From the NCBI GenBank assembly GCA_048625195.1, contig JBMCRE010000005.1:1-60520 (forward strand): a stretch of 60,520 nt of DNA, given 5' to 3'. The notes below the pieces were generated by a model. It was not told where the DNA came from. It saw only the letters and a list, made by a program, of their open reading frames with translations, and ran no database searches. A program made the translations under genes and the position numbers. How positions within the stretch are numbered: position 1 is the stretch's first letter; each line of letters begins with the position of its first letter. Below, one piece after another: positions 19,122-29,825 of this stretch. The stretch is from Nanobdellota archaeon. Its GTDB lineage: Archaea > Nanobdellota > Nanobdellia > Woesearchaeales > UBA583.

Positions 19122-20822
19122 ATGAAAAAAGAAAAAATTGTGGATTTCTTGAAGAAAAATAAAATTGAAGTAAAAGGAAAAATAAATTTTCAATCAAAAG
19201 AAGAAAAAATACAATTTTTAAATAATTTTTATCAGATTATTAAAAATAATGTTTATATAAATCTGATTAATGAAGATATTAAAAATATTATTGTAAAAAT
19301 AAAAATAAACAAAAAAAATCTAGAAATATTAAAACAAATAAATTGGGAGTTTTATTGTAATTTTATTTTAGAAGATAAAACTAATAAATATATTAAAAAA
19401 AAGTATGAATCCTTTATTGAATTTTTAGAAGAAGCATTGGAAATTAAAACTAATAAGTTGTTTATTTATAAAAGTAATTTTAATGTTAATCAGGATTTAA
19501 ATGAAAAAATTAAAAAATATAATGTTGAGATTGTTTCTAACTACAATCAAGAAGGTAAAAAATATAGTATTCAAGATTTTATTTTATATTTTAATAAAAG
19601 ATTAGAATATTTTTCAAATATTTTAATAAAACAAGTTAATCAAAACAATATTATTAGAATTTCTAATTTGAAAGATTTAAATAATACGAATGAAGAAGTT
19701 ACAATTATAGGGCTGATTAGTGAAATCAAGTATACTCAAAGTAATCATTTAATGATTACATTAGATGATAAAAGTGGACAAATAAAGTGTTTTATAAATA
19801 AAAATAAATTATTTTCTTCTTCTAAACAATATGACAAAAATCTAAAATTAATTGTAGATAATTTATGTCTTGATGAAGGGATTGCAATGATTGGAAAAAT
19901 TGGTAATAATATCATTTGGACTGATAATATTATTAGCGTGCGACCTTTTAAAAAGAAACAAATAAAAAAAACTCAAGAAGATAATTTTATTGTGTGCACT
20001 TCTGATATACATAGTAGCTCTAAAAAGTTTAATGAAGAATCTTTTTTGAAGTTTGTTGATTTTATTAGAGGAAAAACTAAAAGTAAAAAATTAAATAATA
20101 TTGCAAAAAAAATTAAATATATTTTTATAACTGGTGATATTATTGAAGGTATTGGTATTTATCCTACTCAAGAGATTGATTCAACATTAATGAGTGGAAT
20201 ACTTCAATATAAAAGAATTGCTAAAATTTTAGATAAAATTCCAAAGGATATTTGTATTGTTTTAATATCAGGGAATCATGATGCAAATAGATTATCTGAA
20301 CCACAGTTAAGTTTACCTTATGATATTGCATATCCTTTATATAATTTAGAAAATTTAATTTGTTTGAGTAATCCGAGTATATTAAATGTTTTTAATTATA
20401 ATTTGAATTCTAAATTAAAATTTCATCTTTATCATGGAGCTAGTTTATTTTATTATGCAGATAATATCAAATATTTAAGAGAAATGGGAGGGGTCAAAGT
20501 ATCTTTAGAAATATTAAAATATTTATTGGAGAAAAAACACCTTGCAATTTCTCACGGAAGTGTTCCATACATTCCTGATTATAAAGAAGACGCACTTATT
20601 ATAAAGGATTTACCTGATTTTTTCTTAGTTGGACACAGTCATAAATTAAGTGTGGAAAATTATAAAGGATGTACACTAGTTAGTGGAGGATGCTGGGTAG
20701 AGATGTCAGATTATCAAGAAAGAGTTGATATTGTTCCTGATGTTGGGAAATGCGTTTTAATTAATACTAAAAATAGAAAAACTCATATACTTAATTTTAA
20801 TAATAAAGATGATAAAAAATAA
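19122..20822 (+). CDS. polD1: DNA polymerase D small subunit DP1 (proofreading exonuclease)
   Basis: OB fold (VTIIGLISEI...LDDKSGQIK) and phosphoesterase motifs SDIH, GDIIEGIGIYP, GNHD, YHG, GHSH. Confidence 0.9.
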   Translation: MKKEKIVDFLKKNKIEVKGKINFQSKEEKIQFLNNFYQIIKNNVYINLINEDIKNIIVKIKINKKNLEILKQINWEFYCNFILEDKTNKYIKKKYESFIEFLEEALEIKTNKLFIYKSNFNVNQDLNEKIKKYNVEIVSNYNQEGKKYSIQDFILYFNKRLEYFSNILIKQVNQNNIIRISNLKDLNNTNEEVTIIGLISEIKYTQSNHLMITLDDKSGQIKCFINKNKLFSSSKQYDKNLKLIVDNLCLDEGIAMIGKIGNNIIWTDNIISVRPFKKKQIKKTQEDNFIVCTSDIHSSSKKFNEESFLKFVDFIRGKTKSKKLNNIAKKIKYIFITGDIIEGIGIYPTQEIDSTLMSGILQYKRIAKILDKIPKDICIVLISGNHDANRLSEPQLSLPYDIAYPLYNLENLICLSNPSILNVFNYNLNSKLKFHLYHGASLFYYADNIKYLREMGGVKVSLEILKYLLEKKHLAISHGSVPYIPDYKEDALIIKDLPDFFLVGHSHKLSVENYKGCTLVSGGCWVEMSDYQERVDIVPDVGKCVLINTKNRKTHILNFNNKDDKK

Positions 20823-21342
20823 TATTAAAAAGAGTGGTAAAAAAATTATTGTGAATGATTTAATGCAAAAAAATTATGTTTATTATTTAACAGAACCAAT
20901 TGGTAAAAATTTTGATGAGAATTTTGAACCTGATTTAAGTCCTAAAGAGATGTTAGAATTAGGAGTTTTTGGGGGGAAATATATGACTGATTGTATTGAT
21001 GAATTTCCTAAATCTTGGTTTGAAAATGCAAAATTGTGTTCAAAAAAATATGATGTGAATTTAAATTATTTTAAAGTAAAAGCCTCACAATCTTTAAAGG
21101 TATGGAGAGAAAAGGGATGGATATATCATGAAGACCCTAGAGGATGGTTTCAGTGGTATTGTAGATATTATATGGGTAGAAGAATTCCTAATGAAGATAT
21201 TAGACAAATAAAAAGATTTAATGCTTTTACTAAAAGACATATTGGAGCAATTAAAAAAAATTGTTTTGCATTTGAATTAAATTGTAGAAAAAAACAAAGA
21301 CAAGCAGTTTTACATTGGGCAATTGATAGTCGAAAAATATAA
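20809..21342 (+). CDS. conserved hypothetical protein (LSPKEMLELGVFGG / DPRGWFQWYCRYY family)
   Basis: Distinctive Trp/Tyr-rich motifs of a widespread uncharacterised family; overlaps the DP1 stop by 14 nt. Confidence 0.75.
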   Translation: MIKNNIKKSGKKIIVNDLMQKNYVYYLTEPIGKNFDENFEPDLSPKEMLELGVFGGKYMTDCIDEFPKSWFENAKLCSKKYDVNLNYFKVKASQSLKVWREKGWIYHEDPRGWFQWYCRYYMGRRIPNEDIRQIKRFNAFTKRHIGAIKKNCFAFELNCRKKQRQAVLHWAIDSRKI

Positions 21343-21420
21343 TTATTAAAAATAATACATATTATATATGTGAAGATTGAAATTTACACAAAACATGTCT
21401 TACTTTTATTTAAGAAAGAT

Positions 21421-22047
21421 TTATTTTATATTTTGATTTTTGTTGTTTTGATGTGGTTGATTATGAGTACTTGAATTAAGATTATTATGGTTGTTATGAT
21501 TTTCTATTGGCTTTTCTATTGTTACATTAGAAGGTTTTATGTAACTTAATAATACTCTTAAATTTTTAATAAATACGTCAATTTCTAATAATTTTTCTAT
21601 TATATATTCATTTTTTTGTGAATTATCTTCTAAAATATCTTTAAAATTAATATTATGTGATTTATTTGATGTTTCTTCTTTTTTGACTGCCTCTTCATGT
21701 TCTTTTATGTCATTTAGTGAATCTATAAGTGTGATTAGATTTGATACTAATCCTGAAATTGTATTTACTGTGCTTTCTAGTCTAGAATCTAATTGCTGCG
21801 TATTCTCTAACAAGTTATCTAAAGTACTTTTGTTTAAATCTTTGATTTCATTTAAATTTTCTAAAATTAATTCTCTTTCTTTTTGAGATTCTCCATGTAT
21901 GCTATTTGTAAGCTCTAAAATTAAATCTTTGATAGAATCATTGTTAGCAAGGTTATCTTTAAGTGATAATTCTTCTTTTAATTTTTTATTTTCTGCTCTT
22001 AAATCTTGAATATGTTGTTTTGATATGAGCTCATAATCATCTTCCAT
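21421..22047 (-). CDS. coiled-coil hypothetical protein
   Basis: Leu/Glu/Asn heptad-rich sequence with a low-complexity tail. Confidence 0.55.
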   Translation of the reverse strand: MEDDYELISKQHIQDLRAENKKLKEELSLKDNLANNDSIKDLILELTNSIHGESQKERELILENLNEIKDLNKSTLDNLLENTQQLDSRLESTVNTISGLVSNLITLIDSLNDIKEHEEAVKKEETSNKSHNINFKDILEDNSQKNEYIIEKLLEIDVFIKNLRVLLSYIKPSNVTIEKPIENHNNHNNLNSSTHNQPHQNNKNQNIK

Positions 22048-22095
22048 AAAGTATTTAAAACTTGGTTAAATATATTAATTTATCACTACTCAAAA

Positions 22096-22338
22096 ATGTT
22101 AGATGTAATATTATTAATAATTGGAATTTCTGGAGTTATAGCTATTGCTCTGAATTTTATATTAGAGGCAACTAATAGGCTAAAATCGGATCATCATAGT
22201 TTTGCAATTATAAATTTATATGGTTCTTGTGCGCTCTTTATATATTCATTATATAATTTAATATGGTTGTTTGTAATATTAAATGGATTTTTAATTCTTG
22301 TAGGTGTATACGGGCTGTATAAAGTTTTAAAAAAATAA
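22096..22338 (+). CDS. small three-TM membrane protein (CBU_0592/PQ-loop-like)
   Basis: Three short TMs; IGISG...NLYGS...N pattern. Confidence 0.5.
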   Translation: MLDVILLIIGISGVIAIALNFILEATNRLKSDHHSFAIINLYGSCALFIYSLYNLIWLFVILNGFLILVGVYGLYKVLKK

Positions 22339-22386
22339 ATCTTAATTAGATATAAAAATATATAAGAATTGCAAAGTTTTTTTATG

Positions 22387-23352
22387 TTAGTTTTTGTTTT
22401 TATGTTTTGTTTCTCCCCTCAATCTTCTAATTCTATCATCAATAGGTGGGTGGGTTGCAAATAGACCTGACATAAATGTTTTTTTATTAGTAAATGGGTT
22501 AGATATAAATAGATGGGCTGTTGCTTTATTTGTATTTTTCATTAACGGATTTGTGTCTGATTTTATTTTTTCAAGTGCAGATGCCAATCCTTCTGGATAC
22601 CTTGTAAGTAAAGCCCCTGTAGAATCTGCCAAGTATTCTCTTTTTCGTGAAATACTAAACTTAATCATTTCTGCAACTATGGGAGATAAAATTAATAAAA
22701 TTATACCTATTACTAATACCAATATTAATAAAGGTCCTGATGATTTTGAATTGTTATTAGAACCACCTCTTGGTGCAAAAATAAACATTCTTATCAATAA
22801 ATCTGTAAGTAAAACCGTTGCTCCAACTAATCCTGCCGCTAATAACATAACTTTAATATCTTGATTTTTTATATGACTAATCTCATGTGCCAATACCCCT
22901 TCTATCTCTTGTCTATTTAATTTGTTTAAAAGGCCTGTGGTTACAACTACATAAGATTTTTCTGGTTTAAATCCAGTTGCATAAGCATTTAATGATGAAT
23001 CGTCTATAACGTAACATTTTGGGGGAGTTCTCATTCCTGCTGCGATAGATAATGCTTCAGTTGTATGATATAAAAAAGGATAGTTATTTCTTTTTGCTTC
23101 AACTGCACCTGTGGATTTTAATATCATTTTTTCTCCGTAAGAAAAAAAAATTAAAATGTAAATTATTGCAATTATTAATGAAATTGTTAATCCACTTAAA
23201 ATATATCCTAAGTTCAATCCACCATAATAATAAATACTTAAAACTAATCCACATAAAACTCCTATAAATCCTATTAATACAAAAAACATAACTATTATAA
23301 AAAAGGATTTTTGTTTATTACTACTTACTTCATCATGTAAATTTACAGCCAT
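22387..23352 (-). CDS. htpX: zinc metalloprotease HtpX (M48)
   Basis: NAYATG, GVLAHEISH, REYLAD, THPP; adjacent to lemA. Confidence 0.92.
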   Translation of the reverse strand: MAVNLHDEVSSNKQKSFFIIVMFFVLIGFIGVLCGLVLSIYYYGGLNLGYILSGLTISLIIAIIYILIFFSYGEKMILKSTGAVEAKRNNYPFLYHTTEALSIAAGMRTPPKCYVIDDSSLNAYATGFKPEKSYVVVTTGLLNKLNRQEIEGVLAHEISHIKNQDIKVMLLAAGLVGATVLLTDLLIRMFIFAPRGGSNNNSKSSGPLLILVLVIGIILLILSPIVAEMIKFSISRKREYLADSTGALLTRYPEGLASALEKIKSDTNPLMKNTNKATAHLFISNPFTNKKTFMSGLFATHPPIDDRIRRLRGETKHKNKN

Positions 23353-23390
23353 TTCTATTTGTATTTTAAAAACAATATGTAAAATTTATT

Positions 23391-23957
23391 TTAAGAAAAA
23401 GATACTTTTGGAACTTCTCTTTCTTGTTGAGTGACTTCGAATAAATCCATTTCTTTAAAATTAAACATTCCTGCAATAATATTAAATGGGAAACTTTCTC
23501 TTTTAGTATTGTATGCCATTACCATATCATTATAATATTGCCTTGCAGCAGATACTTTGTTTTCTGTTCCAACTAACTCTTCTTGTAATTGTAAAAAATT
23601 TTGATTTGCTTTTAAATCAGGATATGCTTCTGCTACTGCAAAAACACTTTTTAGAGCATCAGTTAGCATATTGTCTGCTTGAGCTGCTTTTTTTGGGTCT
23701 GAACCAGCATTCATCATAGCTGTTCTTGCTTGTGTTACTTGCTCAAAAGTTTCTTTTTCGTGTTTTGCATAACCCTTTACAGTTTCAATTAAGTTTGGAA
23801 TTAAATCAATTCTTCTTTTTAATTGAACATCAATTTGGGACCAAGAGTTTTTAACTTGATTTCTAAGTCTTACAAATGAGTTGTATACAAATATAAGTAT
23901 TAATATTGGAATTAAAATAATAACTCCAATAATTATTAATATTGTAGTAGATACCAT
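23391..23957 (-). CDS. lemA: LemA family protein
   Basis: [43 protein letters not shown]. Confidence 0.95.
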   Translation of the reverse strand: MVSTTILIIIGVIILIPILILIFVYNSFVRLRNQVKNSWSQIDVQLKRRIDLIPNLIETVKGYAKHEKETFEQVTQARTAMMNAGSDPKKAAQADNMLTDALKSVFAVAEAYPDLKANQNFLQLQEELVGTENKVSAARQYYNDMVMAYNTKRESFPFNIIAGMFNFKEMDLFEVTQQEREVPKVSFS

Positions 23958-24208
23958 TGTAATATAATATATTTTTCATTTATTTAAATAGTTTGGTATT
24001 TTTGTAAAGGTTTGAAACAGTATGTACATTAATTTAAATAATACTAAATATCAGATATGTTAAGGTAAATATAATTAATTGATAATTAATAAATCATTTG
24101 TTATATTCTCTGATATTTCTTGTATTATATTTAATAATATTAACTACTATTGTTACTATGCAAGTAATGACAATTCTTTTTAAAAGATCACAAAAGAATT
24201 ATAGTATT

Positions 24209-25087
24209 ATGATTATTGTGAGCTTAAATAATAGTAAAAAATTAGCTAAAAGTGTTGCTAAGAGTTTAAATACAGAATATGGAATTATTGAAATTAATAG
24301 TTTTCCTGATGGAGAATTGCATATGAGGTATGATTGTGATGTGAAAAATAAAAAAGTTGTGATTGTAGAGAGTATGCAACCTGATCCTACTCAAGCACTT
24401 TTAAATTCTATTTTTGCATCAAACACTGCAAAAGATTTAGGATGTAGAAAGGTTATTTTTGTAACACCATATATTGCATATATGAGACAAGATAAAAGGT
24501 TTAATGAAGGAGAGGCAATTAATGCAAAAATTATGGCAAAATTGATAAATGAAAATTTTGATAAAATAATTACCATTGATCCTCATTTGCATAGAATAAA
24601 AAAAATGAGAGATATTTTTAAAATAGCTTCTAAAAATCTAACTGCAAATTTAGAAATTGCTGATTTTGTTGAAAATAAGTTTAAAAATCCTGTGATTGTC
24701 GGACCTGATTGGGAATCTTATCAATGGGCAGAAGTTATTGCCAAAAAAATTAATGTGAATTGTACGGTTTTAGAGAAAGATAGACATAGTTATAGAAATG
24801 TTGATGTCGAGATGACTAAAAAAATTGATATTGAAAATAAGGAGGTAATAATTGTAGATGATATTATATCAACTGGTAATACTATGATAAAAGCATCTAA
24901 AGTTGCAAAAAAATTAAAGGCAAAAAAAGTTATTGCAATTGGTGTTCATGGACTTTTTGTAGAAAATGCTATAAATAAGATGAAAAAACATTTTGATGGT
25001 ATTTATACTTGCGATAGTATTGTTAATAAAAATAGTAAAATTAGTTTAACAAATGTTATTTGTAAAGAATTAAAAAAAGAATTATGA
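24209..25087 (+). CDS. prs: ribose-phosphate pyrophosphokinase
   Basis: FPDGE, PYIAYMRQDK, DPH, GPD, VDDIISTGNT. The start was moved to the in-frame ATG at 24209 (MIIVSL), about 24 nt after a TATA-like box. Confidence 0.92.
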   Translation: MIIVSLNNSKKLAKSVAKSLNTEYGIIEINSFPDGELHMRYDCDVKNKKVVIVESMQPDPTQALLNSIFASNTAKDLGCRKVIFVTPYIAYMRQDKRFNEGEAINAKIMAKLINENFDKIITIDPHLHRIKKMRDIFKIASKNLTANLEIADFVENKFKNPVIVGPDWESYQWAEVIAKKINVNCTVLEKDRHSYRNVDVEMTKKIDIENKEVIIVDDIISTGNTMIKASKVAKKLKAKKVIAIGVHGLFVENAINKMKKHFDGIYTCDSIVNKNSKISLTNVICKELKKEL

Positions 25088-25615
25088 TTTATCTTCTTTA
25101 GTTTTTTTTTCTTTTAGAATAATTACTTTTCCACCCATCTCTTCAACTCTTTGTTTTGCAATTTGAGAGATATCGTTACAAATAATTGTTATTTTTTTAG
25201 AAAGAATACCTCTTCCTAAAATTTTATCATATCCAAAGGCTACGCTATCAAATACATATTCATCTTTTTGCTTTGTAATTATTTTTTTTTCAACTAAGTT
25301 ATCAAAATTTATTTCAATGTAATTTAAAGATAAAACTTTATTAGTTGGTTTAATTGATTTAAAACCTTTTTTTCCAAAATGTTGATATTTTTTTTTAATT
25401 TTTGATACTTTTACTCCTTTGGATGCACTTAGTTGATTAAAAAAACTTTTTGCCTCTGTTAATACTGAAGTTTTTCTTTGATCTCCTCTTGTTCCTGTTC
25501 CAGAGAATCCTTTTCCTCCTCTATTTCCTGCCCCTCTTCTTTTTTTTTTATGTCCTCCTCCATGAGAAGAAGAACCTCGCATTTTTGATGCTTTTGTTCT
25601 TTTTTTGGATAACAT
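25082..25615 (-). CDS. rpl15: 50S ribosomal protein uL15
   Basis: RGSSSHGGG...RGAGNRGGKG, KILGRG, VEEMGG. Confidence 0.9.
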   Translation of the reverse strand: MLSKKRTKASKMRGSSSHGGGHKKKRRGAGNRGGKGFSGTGTRGDQRKTSVLTEAKSFFNQLSASKGVKVSKIKKKYQHFGKKGFKSIKPTNKVLSLNYIEINFDNLVEKKIITKQKDEYVFDSVAFGYDKILGRGILSKKITIICNDISQIAKQRVEEMGGKVIILKEKKTKEDKS

Positions 25616-25948
25616 TAGTATTCACCTAAACTAAAAGAACAATAATTGGTTTATAAAATTTATGAAGTTAGATTGAAATCTTTTATGGGAAAAATTAATT
25701 TTTGATTTAAAATAAATTTAATTTTAAGAAAATGAGATTGTAGTAAAAGATAAAATTGATTTTTATTTGAAAAAATTATTCATTTTTTAAGTATAAAAAA
25801 AGCACTTAAATATTGAATTAGATAAAGTTTAAATTTTATTACTAGCTAAAATCTCTTATCTATTTATATGATAATAAAGATACAATTAAAAAATTGATTC
25901 TTTTAATTTGTGTAATATCTTTTTATCAAAAATTATTTTTTTTATATT

Positions 25949-27274
25949 TTATATGATTAAACTTAATCCTCCAATAAATACTATTAAACTAAATATTATT
26001 AAAATTATTTTAAATAAACTTTTTGAACCCAAATAATATGCAATTCCTGCCTTGAAAAAAGTGTTTGCAAATGCACCAATTATAATGCCTAACTGAGCAG
26101 AACTGTTGCTAATACTTCCTTCTAAGGCTAATTTTGATAATGAAATAGTGATTGCATCTACATCTGTTATACCTGAAATAAATGATATAAAATATATTCC
26201 TGAGTTGCCATAAATTAATGTTAAAAATTTAGTTATAAATAAAACTCCTGTAAAAAGTATTGCAAATTTTAGTGCTGGAACTAATGAAAATGGTGAATCT
26301 ATCTTTAATTCTTTTATTGATTCTAATTGTGTATGTTTTTTATAATATAAATATACTGCAAAAAGTATTCCTGCAATTCCCATCAGTCCTAATGAAAAAA
26401 ATAAATCCCAAAATAAATTAGAATTTAAAATTAAAACTTCAAATAGGACTCTGAAAAACATAACTGATGATGCAATTATTATACCTATTGCAAGTGGAAG
26501 AGATAGATGTTTATATTTCTTACTTTCAATTGAAAATGATGAAGTTAGTGCTGTTGAAGACATTAATCCGCCTAAAAACCCTGTAATTAAAATGCCCTTT
26601 TTTGTACCTATTATTTTAATTAATATATAACCAATATATGCTATTGCAGAAATAAATACTACCATAAGCCATAAGTAATAAAAATTGAAGATGTCTAGAC
26701 CTTTTAAAAGATATTGTGGAATTAAATTTTGATTCATAAGTAAATTATTTAGCACTGGAAAGTCCATAGGAGAATAATTTTTATTAGGCAACAAAGGTAG
26801 TATGATTAATGATATTATTGCAAATTTTAATGTTGCAAAAATTTCATTTTGAGTAATTTTTTTTGCAAAAACATGTAATTTATGACCTAAAAATAAAATT
26901 GTTGTTATGGTTATTGTAAGTGTTATACTAATTTGATAGAGTTTTAGTGATATCATAAAACCTATAAAAAATGCAAGCATTGCAAGCATTTGAGACATTA
27001 AACTTATTTGTTTTTGATTGCTTTGATATGTTATAACATATGTAAGAATTATTAATATAAAAAAACACAATAATGAAATTATAAATAAATTTATTGAGTT
27101 AAAAATATTGAAAGATAAAAAACCAACTAAATATCCAAATAATGAAATAAATATATATGTTCTGAATCCTGCAAAATCTAAAATATTAGTGTGTTGTTTT
27201 CGTATCTCTCTTTCAATTCCAAATAATGCTCCAAGTAATAAAGATAGAGTTATTTCTAAGAAAATATTTTCCAT
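25949..27274 (-). CDS. MgtC/SapB-DUF4010 membrane protein
   Basis: GALFGIERE, AGFRT, GGLMSSTA, SGITDVDAI, NTFFK. Confidence 0.85.
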   Translation of the reverse strand: MENIFLEITLSLLLGALFGIEREIRKQHTNILDFAGFRTYIFISLFGYLVGFLSFNIFNSINLFIISLLCFFILIILTYVITYQSNQKQISLMSQMLAMLAFFIGFMISLKLYQISITLTITITTILFLGHKLHVFAKKITQNEIFATLKFAIISLIILPLLPNKNYSPMDFPVLNNLLMNQNLIPQYLLKGLDIFNFYYLWLMVVFISAIAYIGYILIKIIGTKKGILITGFLGGLMSSTALTSSFSIESKKYKHLSLPLAIGIIIASSVMFFRVLFEVLILNSNLFWDLFFSLGLMGIAGILFAVYLYYKKHTQLESIKELKIDSPFSLVPALKFAILFTGVLFITKFLTLIYGNSGIYFISFISGITDVDAITISLSKLALEGSISNSSAQLGIIIGAFANTFFKAGIAYYLGSKSLFKIILIIFSLIVFIGGLSLII

Positions 27275-27353
27275 TAATTAGTATTTGATATATTTGTTTA
27301 TTTAAAATTATTACTTCTATATAGTAGATTATTTAAAAACTATTAAAAAAAAA

Positions 27354-28766
27354 TTATTTTTTCATAAATCTTCTTAATAATGAGAAATCTTCCATACTTT
27401 CTCTTGTTAACTGTTGATAAAATTGATATATTATCATAACTAATAGCAAAATTCCTGTTCCACTTGTAAGAGCGCTTAGAATATCAGCAGTAGATGCTAG
27501 CAAACCAATACCTATACCACCCATTATTGTTAATGGAACAATATATCTATCTAAAACTCTTTGAATAATTCTTTCATCCTTTCTGAAACCTGGAATCTGT
27601 AGGCCTGAATTAATTATTTGTTTAGCCTGACTTCTTGAATCCATACCTGCAGTTTGAACCCAAAAGTATGAAAAAACTGTTGCACCAATAACCATAAAAA
27701 TAGTATATGAAAACATGTATGGCCAAACTTCTAAAGTATGAAAGTTACCTAGATTTTCCCATAAACTAACAGGATTAATCCATTGTACGAAACCTGAAAT
27801 AGGATTCCCATTTTCACTAACTTGTCCTATAATACTTTTTGAAAAAAAAGCGAAAAAACCACTATCTCCTGTTCTTTGCTGTATTACGGTTGCTAAAAGT
27901 TGAAAATTTGCTCTAAGAGTAGATACTAAAATAATCGGAATTACTCCACTATAGAAAAAGTTTAAAGGCCATTTCATACTTTGACCTTTTACCCTTCCAA
28001 AACTTAATGGAATTTCTACATTTACACTTTGAAAAAATACAATTAAAAAAAATAGTATTATTGTTATTCCTACCGGACCTAAAACAGATATCATTAAATT
28101 AGAAAAATCACCTAATTGTAAATAATATAGGGCAGCCCATAATTTTCCTACTGCAACGTCTTCTCCTATAGGCCACGCCATTTTTCCTAATTGATTAATT
28201 GGACTTAAAATTTGAATAAATACCGCTTGACCAATTCCTCCTGCAATAAATAAAGAAACACCACTTCCTATCCCCCATTTCTTGACAACCTCATCCATAT
28301 AAAATACGATAAATCCTCCTAATGCTAGTTGGAGTGAGACAATCCAAAAGAGATCTTGAGCCTGTGGAGTAACTGCTCCAAATGCTACAAATACTATTGC
28401 CTCTAAAATAATGAATGCAAATGTTAATAGTTTGTGAGTCCCACTATAAAAAAACTTACCTTCTTCAGTAGAAGTGTCTAATTTTAAGATTCCTGATCCT
28501 TTTAACAATTGTAATACAATAGATGAAGTAACAATAGGACCTATTCCTAATGTTAATAATTTACCTATTTTTGCTCCGAGCAATAATTCCATTTGTTGAA
28601 AATATGATGCCTGAGTAATATCTACACCAAATAATGGTATAGTCGCTAAAAACAAATATAATACCAAAATCCACAATGTCCACTTCATTCTACTCTTTAG
28701 AGTTCCTTTTTTAAGTGGAGATTTTACTTCTGGTAAACTAAGTAATAAATTCTTATAAAACGACAT
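27354..28766 (-). CDS. secY: preprotein translocase subunit SecY
   Basis: LGIGPIVTSSI, KWGIGSGVSLFIAG, SGLQIPGFR, TSGTGILL. Confidence 0.95.
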   Translation of the reverse strand: MSFYKNLLLSLPEVKSPLKKGTLKSRMKWTLWILVLYLFLATIPLFGVDITQASYFQQMELLLGAKIGKLLTLGIGPIVTSSIVLQLLKGSGILKLDTSTEEGKFFYSGTHKLLTFAFIILEAIVFVAFGAVTPQAQDLFWIVSLQLALGGFIVFYMDEVVKKWGIGSGVSLFIAGGIGQAVFIQILSPINQLGKMAWPIGEDVAVGKLWAALYYLQLGDFSNLMISVLGPVGITIILFFLIVFFQSVNVEIPLSFGRVKGQSMKWPLNFFYSGVIPIILVSTLRANFQLLATVIQQRTGDSGFFAFFSKSIIGQVSENGNPISGFVQWINPVSLWENLGNFHTLEVWPYMFSYTIFMVIGATVFSYFWVQTAGMDSRSQAKQIINSGLQIPGFRKDERIIQRVLDRYIVPLTIMGGIGIGLLASTADILSALTSGTGILLLVMIIYQFYQQLTRESMEDFSLLRRFMKK

Positions 28767-28797
28767 ATATATTGTAAAAACAGTTTCCTTTAAAAAA

Positions 28798-29331
28798 TTA
28801 ACTTTTTTTTTGATAAATTTTTAATATTATTTGATCTGCTAATTCTGTTAATTTTTTATTATTTTCTATGCAAAATATTTGTTCCTCTTGTCTATATCCC
28901 TCTTCTATACCTTCGTAAAAACATAAATTAAAGTTCTCAACTTCTAAGTTATCATTTCGTTTTTTTATATTATATTTTCTTTTCATATATTCAATCTCTA
29001 ATTCTTTTATGTCTCTATTTAAAATAAATAGATAATCGACTAATTTTGGATCTATAAAATGTGCAAAATGTCCTTCTATTATTAAATTTTGAGATTTGTT
29101 TTCACTTAAATAAGTATTTATTTTTACAATTAGTTTATCAATATCAAAATCAAAAGTTTGTAGTTTTTTGACATCCTCAATTTTATAATCTATTGCCCAA
29201 TCGTTTAAATGAATTATTTTAAATTTTTTATATGTAAATTTAAATTTTTCTTTTTTATTTAATTTTTTTTTTAAAATTTTTGCAAAAGATGTCTTGCCTG
29301 TACCAACACTACCGCTTATACTTATAATCAT
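28798..29331 (-). CDS. putative adenylate kinase (AK6/Fap7-like NMP kinase)
   Basis: GSVGTGKT P-loop and IIEGH motif. Confidence 0.75.
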   Translation of the reverse strand: MIISISGSVGTGKTSFAKILKKKLNKKEKFKFTYKKFKIIHLNDWAIDYKIEDVKKLQTFDFDIDKLIVKINTYLSENKSQNLIIEGHFAHFIDPKLVDYLFILNRDIKELEIEYMKRKYNIKKRNDNLEVENFNLCFYEGIEEGYRQEEQIFCIENNKKLTELADQIILKIYQKKS

Positions 29332-29449
29332 ATATAATAATAATAAGTTTGATTATTTAATTGTTTTGTTTTTTAAATCTTTATTTAATACTAAAGTTAA
29401 TAACATTTTTTTTGCTAAATTGCTAAATCTTATATTATAAAAATTACAA

Positions 29450-29825
29450 ACAGTGTAGACATATAACCTGTCTACCAAACTATTTTTCATATGAATTGGG
29501 TAATACGTCAAAAAATCATTCAAAAAAAATAATTGATTTCATAATTGTCAAATGTTTTTAATAATTTTAAATCTAATATTTGTATGAAAATTATATCCTC
29601 AATCTTGAGTCAAATAAGCAAATTTAATTCATTAATATGAAAAAGAAAAGAAATATTGTATTCAAAAGTAGAGATATTTTTAAACAACAAGACTTCAAAC
29701 CTTGGTATGAATAGATTTGCGATAATAAGAATAATATACTAGTTGATTTTATAGATGAATATAATAAATATTATAATTTTAGTCATAAAGTATATAAAAG
29801 AAATTCTTTATTAATAATTTATGAG
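29450..29825 (+). pseudogene. degraded coding remnant with in-frame stops
   Basis: One frame reads YENYILNLESNKQI*FINMKKKRNIVFKSRDIFKQQDFKPWYE*ICDNKNNILVDF...; product unknown; boundaries approximate. Confidence 0.35.

Noticed and set aside
19122-20822. DP1 exonuclease inactivated (SDIHSSS, GDIIEG variants)
   Set aside because: The main metal-binding residues (DxH, GD, GNH, HG, GHxH) are all present; the substitutions are peripheral or conservative.
24098-24208. Hydrophobic N-terminal extension on PRPP synthetase (membrane-anchored Prs)
   Set aside because: It begins at a TTG in AT-rich intergenic DNA; the ATG at 24209 gives a normal Prs N-terminus with a TATA-like box at typical spacing.
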